Part shown: piece after piece, positions 17,333 to 27,057 of the stretch | Layout: the number at the start of each line of letters is the position of its first letter | Position numbering within the stretch: the first letter of the stretch is position 1 | From: Planctomycetota bacterium | GTDB lineage: Bacteria; Planctomycetota; Phycisphaerae; WQYP01 | Reading direction: 5' to 3' | Assembly (NCBI GenBank): GCA_021852275.1 | Contig: JAJZNX010000124.1 | Span: forward strand, 1-63,885 | Length of the DNA stretch: 63,885 nt | Notes under the pieces: generated by a model | Seen by the model: only the letters and a program-made list of their open reading frames with translations | Databases searched by the model: none | Told to the model about the DNA's origin: nothing | Position numbers and translations under genes: made by a program

Positions 17333-18409
17333 ATGCCCAAATTTGTTCTGCTGGCAGATCCGAACCATTATTCCCCCTGTACACAAAACATGCTCGTAGA
17401 CCTGGAGTTCCGCGACTATTGGCTGGATCATTTCCTGAGTCATTTTGATCTCATTGCCCGCCTGGCCATCGAAACCTATGGCGAGCAGGCCCGCCCCGCT
17501 GCCGCTGCAGCCAAACAGGCTTTGGCCCATGAATTACGACAATTCCGCGATAATCCTGTCCGGTTCGGCGAATTGGACTTGGAAGTGCTGGGACGCATTC
17601 GCCAGGATATTCTGCAAGCCCACAATATTCCCGATCCATTTAAATCCATGAAAGACCGGGAAAACACCGCCATGCTGAGCGTTTACCCGCAGGTGATTGG
17701 CGAGCTTGATCGGCACTACCGCACGGATGTAGAAATGCTGCTGCTGCTGATTGAGGGGGTTTTTGCCGGCAATATATTTGATCTGGGGGCCAGTGCTACC
17801 GCGGGAAAATTTTCCAGGGAATCGCCGGATTTTGTAAAAATCCGGGCGGATCTGGCTCATTCGCGGCCTTGGCTGGTGGACGATTTTGCGCAATTTTCCA
17901 GCCGGTTGTTGCACGGTCCAAAATATAAAAAATCGCTGTTTTTCCTGGATAACGCCGGCAGCGATGCGATCTTGGGAGTTATACCGCTGGTTCGCTGGCT
18001 GGCAAGCCGTGGAATTCAGACCTGCCTGCTGGCCAATGAAGAGCCGGCTCTTAATGATTTGACTTACAGCGAATTGTGCGTTCTTTTGCCGCGACTTGCA
18101 GCGATTGATGCGGTTTTGCGGGATTTGCTTCGTGCAGGCATGATTGTACCGGCCAGTTCCGGCGGTCGAACACCGCTGATCGATCTGCGTCATGTTTCTG
18201 CAGGTTGCAATGCCGTTGCCGCTGGCGCGGATTTATTGTTTCTGGAGGGTATGGGCCGCGGATTGGAAAGCAACTTTAACGCCCCGTTTACAGTTGATAC
18301 CGTCAAGCTCTGCATGATTAAAGAACCGATCATCGCCCAGCGCCACCATGGCAAAGTATTCGACGTGGTCTTGCGTTTCGATCCCGCACCTACAGCACCG
18401 GTTCACTGA
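17333..18409 (+). CDS. DUF89/ARMT1-like damage-control phosphatase, PANK4-C-terminal type
   Basis: DPFKSMKDRENT, GVFAGNIFDLG, FFLDNAGSDAILGVIP, FLEGMGRGLESN. Confidence 0.85.
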   Translation: MPKFVLLADPNHYSPCTQNMLVDLEFRDYWLDHFLSHFDLIARLAIETYGEQARPAAAAAKQALAHELRQFRDNPVRFGELDLEVLGRIRQDILQAHNIPDPFKSMKDRENTAMLSVYPQVIGELDRHYRTDVEMLLLLIEGVFAGNIFDLGASATAGKFSRESPDFVKIRADLAHSRPWLVDDFAQFSSRLLHGPKYKKSLFFLDNAGSDAILGVIPLVRWLASRGIQTCLLANEEPALNDLTYSELCVLLPRLAAIDAVLRDLLRAGMIVPASSGGRTPLIDLRHVSAGCNAVAAGADLLFLEGMGRGLESNFNAPFTVDTVKLCMIKEPIIAQRHHGKVFDVVLRFDPAPTAPVH

Positions 18410-19907
18410 CCTGGGAAATGTTATTCGACGGCAATGGCGCTACGTAATTTTCGTCGCCGCCATGACGCTTCCATTGCCGGTAAAACCCTATGAAAAAGAG
18501 AAACGCCGGAACGTTAAAAGCTGCCATCCAGATCGGGCTGTAAAAGTACGCCCGGTTGTGTCCGACCACCGCAGCGAGTCTATCCAGAAAAAAGCCGGCC
18601 AAAATGCCACCAACCATTCCGCCCACTGACCTCCAAATGGCATTAACGGAACAGAATTGTCCATAATTGGACCGCGGCAACATACGCATCAGCATGGCTG
18701 GATCCCACATTGCCACCATGGCGGTGATGGGTGCCGCCAGTCCAACATAAATCAGCAGGCATACCAGATATACTTTGGTTATGTGGATGGTGGCGTATGC
18801 ACGTAACCATCCGATGTGACTCACCAGCGGCAAGTGCAGGGCTACTGTGGCCTTGGGCGAAGGCAGCCAGAATAACCAGATCATACCCGCGGCCAGCAAC
18901 AGCCAATTGAGAATCTGACCGGCAAACACCACGCGAATAGGATGATACCGATCCGCCAGCCAGCCGGCACCCAGTATCAGCACGGCGACAAATATCTGCA
19001 GCGTACCATTGATCTGGCCGATCTGATCTAAATTCAGACCGATCGCCTGTTGGTAGTATAGACTAAACAGGCCAATGCCGGCACCGATACCTCCTATGAA
19101 CGTACACAGCCACAGGTACCAATAGATGCGGTGGACATGGCATTCCCGCGCGTAGGTAAAGACCAGGCCCAATACTCCGGCGGTGTTATGGCGGTGTGGC
19201 GTGGGAGGCGGGTACTCACCCTCTCGAACGTTGAAGCACATAAGGCCAAAACCACACAAATAAAGCGCCGCCGCGCCCAGAAAAATTTCCGTTCCATGGT
19301 TGGCCGAATACGGAAAGATATAGAAATTGTACACCGCTCCACACAAAATACCTACAAACCTGAACCAGGACATAAAACGCGCCAGCAGATGCGGCGGTAT
19401 CACATCATTAAAAAGGTACCAGAAGGTGGTGTTCACAAACGTATTAAAAAAACTGAAGCCCAGCAGAATAATGCCCAAGGTCCACAGTATCGCCTGTATC
19501 CGTGCGCCTGCGGACAGATGCAACAGGCCAAAAACCAAGCTCCCCAGTCGATCGCCAAAGGCCAGTCCTACCAGCCCCAATACCAACATCGGCAACGAAA
19601 ACAAAATGAAAGGAATACGCCGCCCCCAGCGACTGCGGAAGCGGTCACTGCTGATGCTGATGATCGGATTGAAAATCGAGTAGACTGTGGTGGGAATGGT
19701 AGACAACAGCAGGGCCACTTCCCAGTTCGGTGCCCCCAACGCCTTGAACTTCAACAACATGATCGGACCAGTCACACTTTCCATCAGCGTGTAACAGATG
19801 TCCCCCCAGATCAACCAGAAAAACAGCAGCGATAAAGCCACCCGGGTATATGTCAATGTACCGCATGTCCATATTTTTTCCTGGTTATCTGCACTTGCAT
19901 TCGACAT
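18390..19907 (-). CDS. MFS transporter (sugar/oligosaccharide type)
   Basis: About 12 hydrophobic segments; SDRFRSRWGRRIPF motif A and GWLADRYHPIRV second repeat. Confidence 0.88.
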   Translation of the reverse strand: MSNASADNQEKIWTCGTLTYTRVALSLLFFWLIWGDICYTLMESVTGPIMLLKFKALGAPNWEVALLLSTIPTTVYSIFNPIISISSDRFRSRWGRRIPFILFSLPMLVLGLVGLAFGDRLGSLVFGLLHLSAGARIQAILWTLGIILLGFSFFNTFVNTTFWYLFNDVIPPHLLARFMSWFRFVGILCGAVYNFYIFPYSANHGTEIFLGAAALYLCGFGLMCFNVREGEYPPPTPHRHNTAGVLGLVFTYARECHVHRIYWYLWLCTFIGGIGAGIGLFSLYYQQAIGLNLDQIGQINGTLQIFVAVLILGAGWLADRYHPIRVVFAGQILNWLLLAAGMIWLFWLPSPKATVALHLPLVSHIGWLRAYATIHITKVYLVCLLIYVGLAAPITAMVAMWDPAMLMRMLPRSNYGQFCSVNAIWRSVGGMVGGILAGFFLDRLAAVVGHNRAYFYSPIWMAAFNVPAFLFFIGFYRQWKRHGGDENYVAPLPSNNISQVSEPVL

Positions 19908-20000
19908 CAGCAACTACCTTCACGTTCGTTATGATGAGCTGGCAAGATAACAGATTCCAGTGCAAGTTACAATATTATTTTACCACAAACCATTATATTA

Positions 20001-20018
20001 TTTTATAAATTTACCATA
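20001..20018 (-). promoter_or_regulatory. operator-like motif TATGGTAAATTTAT upstream of the MFS gene
   Basis: The reverse complement has a 14-bp exact match to 20491-20504. Confidence 0.5.
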
Positions 20019-20490
20019 TTTAATTCACTCATGACGTTACTGCGGTCTTGCCGTCTGACCGACTGCGTATGGAACGCCCCCTGTGGCTGGCGGAGGAACA
20101 CCCGCAAGGTCCGCGTTCCCGCAAGCTCCAGTGAATCAGCAGTTGCCTTCCAGGATGTTCCCGTCTTCGCGTCTGCATTTCCGGACTTGCAATTAAAGCA
20201 TTTCCACGACTAATTTTCTGGCATGACACTACTATTTAGACATAACAAAGACACACATTGTGCATCTGTGAACCAGTCAGCCCCGCCCAATTAGCAGCTT
20301 TCCACATCCAACCTTAACGCAAACCACCGGTACTTGAGTTACACCCCAGCCGATATCCAGCACCAACGTTACCCTGCAAAAATGGTATCCGTGGTATCGT
20401 CGGCCATTGGATCAACCATCACAGCACACCTTTATGTCCATCACGGTGCCAGACCGCCCCACACCATAGCCGATCTTTAGAGCTTATTTT

Positions 20491-20509
20491 TATGGTAAAT
20501 TTATTAAAA
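20491..20509 (+). promoter_or_regulatory. operator-like motif TATGGTAAATTTAT upstream of the glycoside hydrolase promoter
   Basis: Second copy of the motif, about 20 bp upstream of the TTGACA -35 box. Confidence 0.5.
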
Positions 20510-20527
20510 ATATCTGGCTTATGCCTA

Positions 20528-20556
20528 TTGACATGAATAAAACCGGAATCTATGGT
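20528..20556 (+). promoter_or_regulatory. sigma70 promoter (TTGACA-17-TATGGT) for the glycoside hydrolase
   Basis: Perfect -35, 17-bp spacer, near-consensus -10. Confidence 0.65.
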
Positions 20557-20673
20557 GGCTCAGGCGTGGGTAAACGCGGACCTGGCCGACAGAATCCTGG
20601 CGTGTATGCCATAAGGCCTGATCATCTATTGTGTAAGACTTGTAATTTCCCCAATTGATAAGGATTATTAGCC

Positions 20674-22272
20674 ATGCAGCAGCCAAAACGCATCAACATC
20701 GGATGGCATTGGGAACGCGACTATTCCCGGGAGTCCCATGACTACCTTAAAAGTATTGGTGCCACCACGGTGGAAACCTACGTGAAATGGATTGATATCG
20801 AGCCGGAGCCTGGCCAGGTAACCTTTAAAAGCTTTGATCGGGCACTGGACCATTTTGTCCGGTATGGGGTGAAATGGCAGCCCTTTTTAATCTGCGGACC
20901 TTGGTACGCTACCCCGTATTGGTTCCGCGAATCCAGGGACAGCCATTTTTTTCGCTGCCTGGAACACGATAAAAATTCCGGTATTCAGTCCATCTGGAAT
21001 CGGAAGTTTCAGGCACCAACGCGGCATTTTCTCAAACTCTTTCACGACCATTACCTCCACCGGATGGATCAGATAGATTCGCTATTGCTGGGTATCAGCG
21101 GCGATTATGGCGAGGCCATTTTTCCCTGCATCGGCAACTTTGACGGACAGTATCACACCCACCGCGGGTTCTGGTGCAACGATACCGCCGCCATTGACGA
21201 TTTTCGCCGACATTGCCAAAGACTGTGGAAAAACATCCGGACGCTCAATGCCCGCTGGGGTACCACATACCGGGATTTTGGCCAGGTTCGGCCATTCCTC
21301 AAACAAAAGGCCCCGTCCCGCCGGGCCATGGTGGATCAGGTGTATTGGTATCGTGGGGCGATGCTCAACCACGCGGAATTCTGGATTCGAGAAGCCCGCA
21401 AGCTTTGGCCGACCAAGGATATGTATCTGTGCATGGGCGGCGACGGCTCTGCCCAAGAAGGTCAACATTACGCCGCCGCCGCCGAGCTTTGCGCCAAATA
21501 TCACGTGGGCATTCGCGACACCAATGCCCGCGACCATTTCCGTTTTCTTAACACCTATCAATGTTCAACCGCCGTCGGCACCAATTTTCACCGCACCTAC
21601 TGCGGATTTGAATCTTCCCACGGCTCCACGCCTGAATTCATCGTGGCCCGGATGTTTGCCTTCATCATCAGCAATGCCCGCGAATTCCACGAATACAGCT
21701 TTCTGGGCAAGAAGAAAGTCATCGGCAACTTCCGCCGCTTTCGCCAATGGATGGAACTGCGCTTCCAGCGGAAGGTGGATGTGGCAGTGTTGTCGTCGGA
21801 AGCCTACGTAAACTGGGTGCATGAACATGCCACGGCCTGGGATATCAAGGAATTTCCATGGGGTTTACCAAAGCCGCCTCATGATTTATGTAACACCCTG
21901 CGCTACTATTTTGATTTTGATCTGGTCAACGACACCCTGGTGCGTGCCGGTATTTTAAAGAAATACAAGGTCCTTCTGGTGCCCGCATTCACCATCATTG
22001 AGCAGGACATCGTCAATGCCCTTGACAAGTATGCGGCGGCGGGCGGCCAGGTGATTGTGTATGGCGGCGAAACACCCCAAACCGTCGAAGGACGGCCTGC
22101 GACCGTGGATGGGGCACTGGCCATCTCCACCCTGCCGGCACTGCTGCGGCAGCTACGCACGATGGCCATCCGCGTCAAACTCAAAAAAGACAGTATTTTT
22201 GAGGCCATGAATCACGATGGCAAAATCCTCTGTTACGACGAAAAACACCACCAAATTTACTGGAAGCGATGA
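20674..22272 (+). CDS. glycoside hydrolase, GH14/GH42-like TIM barrel with beta-galactosidase trimerisation-like C-terminal domain
   Basis: ETYVKWIDIEPEPG, GPWYATPYWF, GISGDYGEAIFP, CGFESS, KKYKVLLVP; no signal peptide. Confidence 0.72.
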   Translation: MQQPKRINIGWHWERDYSRESHDYLKSIGATTVETYVKWIDIEPEPGQVTFKSFDRALDHFVRYGVKWQPFLICGPWYATPYWFRESRDSHFFRCLEHDKNSGIQSIWNRKFQAPTRHFLKLFHDHYLHRMDQIDSLLLGISGDYGEAIFPCIGNFDGQYHTHRGFWCNDTAAIDDFRRHCQRLWKNIRTLNARWGTTYRDFGQVRPFLKQKAPSRRAMVDQVYWYRGAMLNHAEFWIREARKLWPTKDMYLCMGGDGSAQEGQHYAAAAELCAKYHVGIRDTNARDHFRFLNTYQCSTAVGTNFHRTYCGFESSHGSTPEFIVARMFAFIISNAREFHEYSFLGKKKVIGNFRRFRQWMELRFQRKVDVAVLSSEAYVNWVHEHATAWDIKEFPWGLPKPPHDLCNTLRYYFDFDLVNDTLVRAGILKKYKVLLVPAFTIIEQDIVNALDKYAAAGGQVIVYGGETPQTVEGRPATVDGALAISTLPALLRQLRTMAIRVKLKKDSIFEAMNHDGKILCYDEKHHQIYWKR

Positions 22273-22499
22273 ACCCATGCATTTCCCGGACGAAGCTCAT
22301 TCGCTCTGCGAAGTAACCTGAAAGGATATCAACGCCGGCCTTATTTTTCTGAAACTGTGCCAGGCACGTGTGAACAGGCACTGCAGTTATTCACCGCCAT
22401 ACAACTCGGAATCCGGCGGAGCCGATGATGACCGGAGATATCGCCACTGTGCCAAATCATTGGCATTCCGGCTCACTCATACAAATGTGCATGGCAAAT

Positions 22500-22573
22500 T
22501 GGGCGTTGAGGGGCTCGAACCCCCGACCTTACGGGTGTGATCCGTACGCTCTAACCAACTGAGCTAAACGCCC
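22500..22573 (-). tRNA. tRNA-Val (anticodon CAC), CCA not encoded
   Basis: GGGCGTT acceptor stem, TAGCTCAGTTGGTTAGAGC D arm, TACGG-ATCACAC-CCGTA anticodon arm, GGTTCGAGCC T arm, discriminator A. Confidence 0.95.
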
Positions 22574-22831
22574 GATCACCAAAGTTTTATTTTACCCCAT
22601 GGAAAAACTACGATCAACTCAACGCCAAACACGCGAAAAAATTGGCAATGTGGAATTCCATGTGCCATCAGAGCCGGGCTATAGTGAAACTGCCATTGGA
22701 AGATCGGGTAATGTGGCTACGGTTCAAAGACCAGCCAAGCCAGGAATCACATAACGCTGCTTGCGGCAGACGGGGCATCGCATACAATCCATGGCTGTTG
22801 GCAACGTTGCCGTAGAAAACAGGAGTTGGGC

Positions 22832-24235
22832 GTGTCGAACGCAAAATTTGATCTGGTGATTGTCGGTTCCGGTCCGGGAGGGTATGTGGCTGCGGTGCGT
22901 GCGGCACAATTAGGAAAGTCTGTAGCCTGTGTGGAACGGGCTGAACTGGGCGGCATTTGTCTGAACTGGGGCTGCATTCCAACCAAGGCCTTGATCCAGG
23001 ATGCCCATCTTTTCAGTTCGCTCCAGCATGCCGCACCGATGTACGGCATAGCCGTGGAAACCGCTAAACTGCAATGGGACAAAATTGTGCAGCGTAGCCG
23101 CGGCTGCGCAGACACGCTTAGCAAGGGTATCGAATTCTTATTCAAAAAGAATAAGGTTACTCGCTACACCGGTAGCGGCTTTGTAGCTGCCCCTGGCACC
23201 GTGGAGGTGCGGTCGGCCAGCGGCAAGGTTTCAGAAACAATTTCCGCCGGTAAAATTCTTATTTGCACCGGTGCCCGCAGCCGCGAATTGCCGGGAATCA
23301 AAGCTGACGGTAAATGTATTATCACCAGTCGCGAAGCGATGACGTTGCCGGTCATTCCCAAACGTATGGCCATCATCGGAGCGGGGGCTATCGGTGTGGA
23401 ATTTGCATACATTTATAACGCCTTTGGCACCCAGGTGACTCTGATTGAAATGTTGCCGGCGATTTTGCCCATTGAAGATGCGGATGTGAGTTCGCGTCTG
23501 CAGACCATTTTCACTAAGCGCGGTATTGACATTAAAACTAATACGCGAACAGAAAAAGTGGATATCACGGACAAAGAGGCACGGCTGACGATTGTAGATC
23601 AGGCAACCCACAAAACCAGCACGGTGGAAGCGGATGTGGTACTGGTGGCGGTGGGTGTTACCGGCAATGTGGAAAATCTTTTTGCTCCTGCGACCACACC
23701 ACGCATTGAAAAAGGTGCAATCAAGGTTGATAAGGCCTTTCAGACTTCCGTGCCAGACATTTATGCCGCCGGTGATGTCATTGGGCCGCCCTGGCTGGCT
23801 CATGTGGCAAGCCTGGAATCCACCATTGCCGTGGAACGGATGTTTAACGTGGGCCGGCGCGAGATGGACTACAGCCTGATTCCCGGATGTACGTACTGTT
23901 ATCCCCAGGTGGCCAGCGTGGGTTTGACGGAGAAGCAGTGCCAGGAAAAGGGAATTGATTATGAAGTTGGCCGGTATAATTTCGCCAACAATGGCAAAGC
24001 GGCAGCACTGGGAGAAACCGAGGGGTTTGTGAAATTGATTTTCGACAAAAAATATGGCGAACTGCTGGGCGGCCATATTCTCGGCGCGGAGGCTACGGAA
24101 ATGCTGCAAGAATTGGTTTTGGCCAAGCGCCTGGAGGCCACCAGGGATGAAATTGCGCAAACCATTCATGCGCATCCCACGATGTCCGAAGCGGTCATGG
24201 ATGCGGCGATGGCCGCGTCAGGCCAGGGCCATTAA
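22832..24235 (+). CDS. lpdA: dihydrolipoyl dehydrogenase
   Basis: GSGPGGYVAA, GGICLNWGCIPTK redox dithiol, IIGAGAIGVE, HAHPTMSE; AGGAG before GTG 22832. Confidence 0.96.
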   Translation: MSNAKFDLVIVGSGPGGYVAAVRAAQLGKSVACVERAELGGICLNWGCIPTKALIQDAHLFSSLQHAAPMYGIAVETAKLQWDKIVQRSRGCADTLSKGIEFLFKKNKVTRYTGSGFVAAPGTVEVRSASGKVSETISAGKILICTGARSRELPGIKADGKCIITSREAMTLPVIPKRMAIIGAGAIGVEFAYIYNAFGTQVTLIEMLPAILPIEDADVSSRLQTIFTKRGIDIKTNTRTEKVDITDKEARLTIVDQATHKTSTVEADVVLVAVGVTGNVENLFAPATTPRIEKGAIKVDKAFQTSVPDIYAAGDVIGPPWLAHVASLESTIAVERMFNVGRREMDYSLIPGCTYCYPQVASVGLTEKQCQEKGIDYEVGRYNFANNGKAAALGETEGFVKLIFDKKYGELLGGHILGAEATEMLQELVLAKRLEATRDEIAQTIHAHPTMSEAVMDAAMAASGQGH

Positions 24236-24258
24236 AATGCGCACACAAGGAGCGTTTA

Positions 24259-26049
24259 GTGCCATCCGAAGATAATCCATTGCTGAATCGTCCGCAAAGC
24301 ACTTCCGGCAATACCGGAGGGCCTGTTGCGTCCGTTCCGCCAATCGCGGCCAACGTCGGCGAAACATCTGCAAGTCGCACAATCGTCCCAACAACGCCTG
24401 GTGCAAACATTCGCCACCAGCAGGGTACCACCAACTCCGGCTCGGCCCGCGATATTCTGGAAGCGGTCATCCTGGCGCTTATTTTGGCCTTTACCTTCCG
24501 TACTTTTATGGTTGAGGCGTATGTTATCCCGACCGGATCTATGGCCCCCACACTCAACGGTGCCCACTTTCGGGTGATATGCCCACAGTGCGGATGGGTA
24601 TTCGATGCCAATGCCAATGTCGACCAGCAGTGGGTGCGGCACTACGGCATGGCCAACATTTCTAATGGAGAGCTGACCAATCCATACGCCATTAATAGCC
24701 CGCCTTATATTACCTGCCCCAACTGCCATTTTCCGATTCCGGTTACCAGCCTGCCGGACCAGCCCGTTATTCGCCGCCGGGCACAGGTACAAAATGGTTA
24801 TGAAAACCTGTATTTTCCGTATGCCCGCAATGGCGACCGAATATTGGTTATGAAATACCTTTACTGGTTTGACCCGCCCAAACGGTGGGATATTGTGGTG
24901 TTCAAGGAACCGCTCAACGGTCAACAAAACTATATCAAGCGGCTGGTCGGGTTGCCACACAATACCGTCGAGATTGTCGGCGGAAACGTATACATAAACG
25001 GCGTCATTGCTCACAAACCGCCCACGGTCGAAAAGGCCATGCTGCAATTAGTGTACAATAACGACTTTTACCCGCGGGATGCCGGCAAAACTCGCCGTAA
25101 CGGTCGTGTGTGGACTAATCCATGGGTTGCTGTGCGGCAGGGACCCTACGGCGGCCATTGGAATACTGGCGGGCCGGTGATACGGTTTGCCACGGCGAAT
25201 CCGGCCGGGCGTGGCCAACTTTCATTTCAGCAACGCGGTCATTATCTGTTAAATGGAGAAGGCTACGACGCCACGTTTCCCCGACATCAGGAAAATCATC
25301 TGGTTGGGGATTTGTACGTTTCGACAATCTGGCAATCAACAAGTCCTGCGAGTGCCATCAGCCTGGTGCTTGGTACAAGATCTAACCGTTATAAGGTGTC
25401 TCTCCAGCATGATGGCAAAATCGGCCTGTACCGTTGGATTTCCACCCAAAAGAGCTTCGTACCGGTAAGCCCGGCCCGGCTGGATTTTATGAAGAAAATC
25501 ACACCCCTGCATCCTGGAATCCCTTACACCGTCAGCATGAGCAACCTCGATCACCAGGTTCGTTTTTGGTTCAATCATCATCTGGTGCTGCAGTACACGC
25601 CGCTGTGGACGGTTGGCCAGGCTTTGAAGTTCCGTGATTATCAAATTGAATATGGCCGGGAGATTCCCAGAATATTTGTGAATGTTACAGGTGTATGTAC
25701 CCTGCGGCATCTGAACCTGATGCGCGATATTTACTACACTCAAACCCATGTTGAAAATTCGCAAGGCAGCGATCTGGGACCGGGAACTGCTACCGCAGGC
25801 CATCCGCTGAAGCTCCACGCAGGTGAGTATTTTATGCTCGGTGATAATTCCGCTTACAGCGCGGATGGCCGCGTGTGGGATCGGGTGGATCCAGCCTTGG
25901 CCGACCTGCACTTGCACATAGGCGTGGTGCCGCAGCGCTATATTCTGGGTAAGGCGTTTATGGTCTATTGGCCAGCAGGTTTCCGGCTCTTTGATGGCCA
26001 CGGCTGGCCCCTTATTCCAAATGTCGGAAAAATGCGTCTGATACGCTGA
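24259..26049 (+). CDS. lepB: signal peptidase I, planctomycete long form with CxxC/CxxC insert
   Basis: YVIPTGSMAPTL (Ser), GDRILVMK, YIKRLVGLP (Lys), YFMLGDNSAYSADGRVW; CPQCG and CPNC. Confidence 0.93.
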   Translation: MPSEDNPLLNRPQSTSGNTGGPVASVPPIAANVGETSASRTIVPTTPGANIRHQQGTTNSGSARDILEAVILALILAFTFRTFMVEAYVIPTGSMAPTLNGAHFRVICPQCGWVFDANANVDQQWVRHYGMANISNGELTNPYAINSPPYITCPNCHFPIPVTSLPDQPVIRRRAQVQNGYENLYFPYARNGDRILVMKYLYWFDPPKRWDIVVFKEPLNGQQNYIKRLVGLPHNTVEIVGGNVYINGVIAHKPPTVEKAMLQLVYNNDFYPRDAGKTRRNGRVWTNPWVAVRQGPYGGHWNTGGPVIRFATANPAGRGQLSFQQRGHYLLNGEGYDATFPRHQENHLVGDLYVSTIWQSTSPASAISLVLGTRSNRYKVSLQHDGKIGLYRWISTQKSFVPVSPARLDFMKKITPLHPGIPYTVSMSNLDHQVRFWFNHHLVLQYTPLWTVGQALKFRDYQIEYGREIPRIFVNVTGVCTLRHLNLMRDIYYTQTHVENSQGSDLGPGTATAGHPLKLHAGEYFMLGDNSAYSADGRVWDRVDPALADLHLHIGVVPQRYILGKAFMVYWPAGFRLFDGHGWPLIPNVGKMRLIR

Positions 26050-26151
26050 TAGCCGCATAAAAAGACGGTGCCTATTGCAGATTCCTGCCTTGCCATTTTC
26101 TCAGGTTGTAGATCCGTGCTAAAACCGCCAAGCGGTCCTGCAGCACTGGCA

Positions 26152-26991
26152 CTACGCCAGCACCTTGCGCAAATGGGCAATGCTCTTTCTGGCGGCGTAT
26201 TCCGGCTGATCTGGATACGTGTACAGTTCTACCGTTACAAAGCGTTCATAACCGGTGGCGTCCAGGGAACGGTTTAAGGCAGCAAAATCAAACGTGCCCA
26301 GGCCGGGAATCAGGTGATAATGCTTTCGGCCGGGCAGATCTTCAATATGGCAGTTCCAGATGCGCCCGCGCAACAGCTTTAGTGCGGACGGAACATCTTC
26401 ACCAAGCACCACGCTATGGCCGATATCCAGGTTCGCTCCAAGCATGGGACTGCCCAACGTATCAATTAGATCGCGCAGTTCAGTCGCCCATTCCACCAGC
26501 AAACCCGGTTCACATTCAATACCAATGCGTATATTGAGCTTTTGTGCTGTATCCAGAACAGGCCGGAGATTTTCTTTCAACATTTTCAGCGCTTTCTCCG
26601 GCGGCATCGTGGGCAACGCCTTGCCGCTGGTAATACTGATGTTGTCGGCTCCGATGGCCTGGGCAAATTTCAGGGTATTACGGATCATGCGGGCACGATC
26701 ACGACGCAGTTTTGGCAACGGAGATACCAGCGACGGCTCAAAAAAAGGCTCGGGCGGAGCATCCTTCCAGTAACCAAATGTACAGTTGGCGTTGATATTG
26801 CTCACCGCCAGGCCGTGCTTGTCCAGAAGTTTGCGGATTTTCGCTGCCACGGCCGCATCAAAGCGATCCGGATACCAATGCGGCTTGTCGGCCAAAATCT
26901 CAACGCCGGTGTAGCCGCAGCGGGCAATACCGGCCATGGCCGTGGCCAGACTCTGATGAGCAAACGCATTGGTGGAAAAAGCCAGTTTCAT
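26152..26991 (-). CDS. sugar phosphate isomerase/epimerase (xylose isomerase-like TIM barrel)
   Basis: GVEILAD, IGIECEPG, NLDIGH, HIED...HYHLIPGLG, VTVELY metal-ligand pattern. Confidence 0.88.
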   Translation of the reverse strand: MKLAFSTNAFAHQSLATAMAGIARCGYTGVEILADKPHWYPDRFDAAVAAKIRKLLDKHGLAVSNINANCTFGYWKDAPPEPFFEPSLVSPLPKLRRDRARMIRNTLKFAQAIGADNISITSGKALPTMPPEKALKMLKENLRPVLDTAQKLNIRIGIECEPGLLVEWATELRDLIDTLGSPMLGANLDIGHSVVLGEDVPSALKLLRGRIWNCHIEDLPGRKHYHLIPGLGTFDFAALNRSLDATGYERFVTVELYTYPDQPEYAARKSIAHLRKVLA

Positions 26992-27057
26992 TTCATCCTC
27001 GTGTTCACTTTCGCGCGGATCAGACCAACCCTGATCCGATCCCGCACCGAAACAATT

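Noticed and set aside
20029-20470. Small ORFs or a cobalamin-riboswitch-like GGGAA segment in the long MFS-GH spacer
   Set aside because: The ORFs lack an RBS and recognisable motifs, and the B12-box and other conserved elements are absent
22272-22500. Prophage or island integration at the tRNA-Val 3' end
   Set aside because: No integrase and no duplicated tRNA 3' fragment seen in the window
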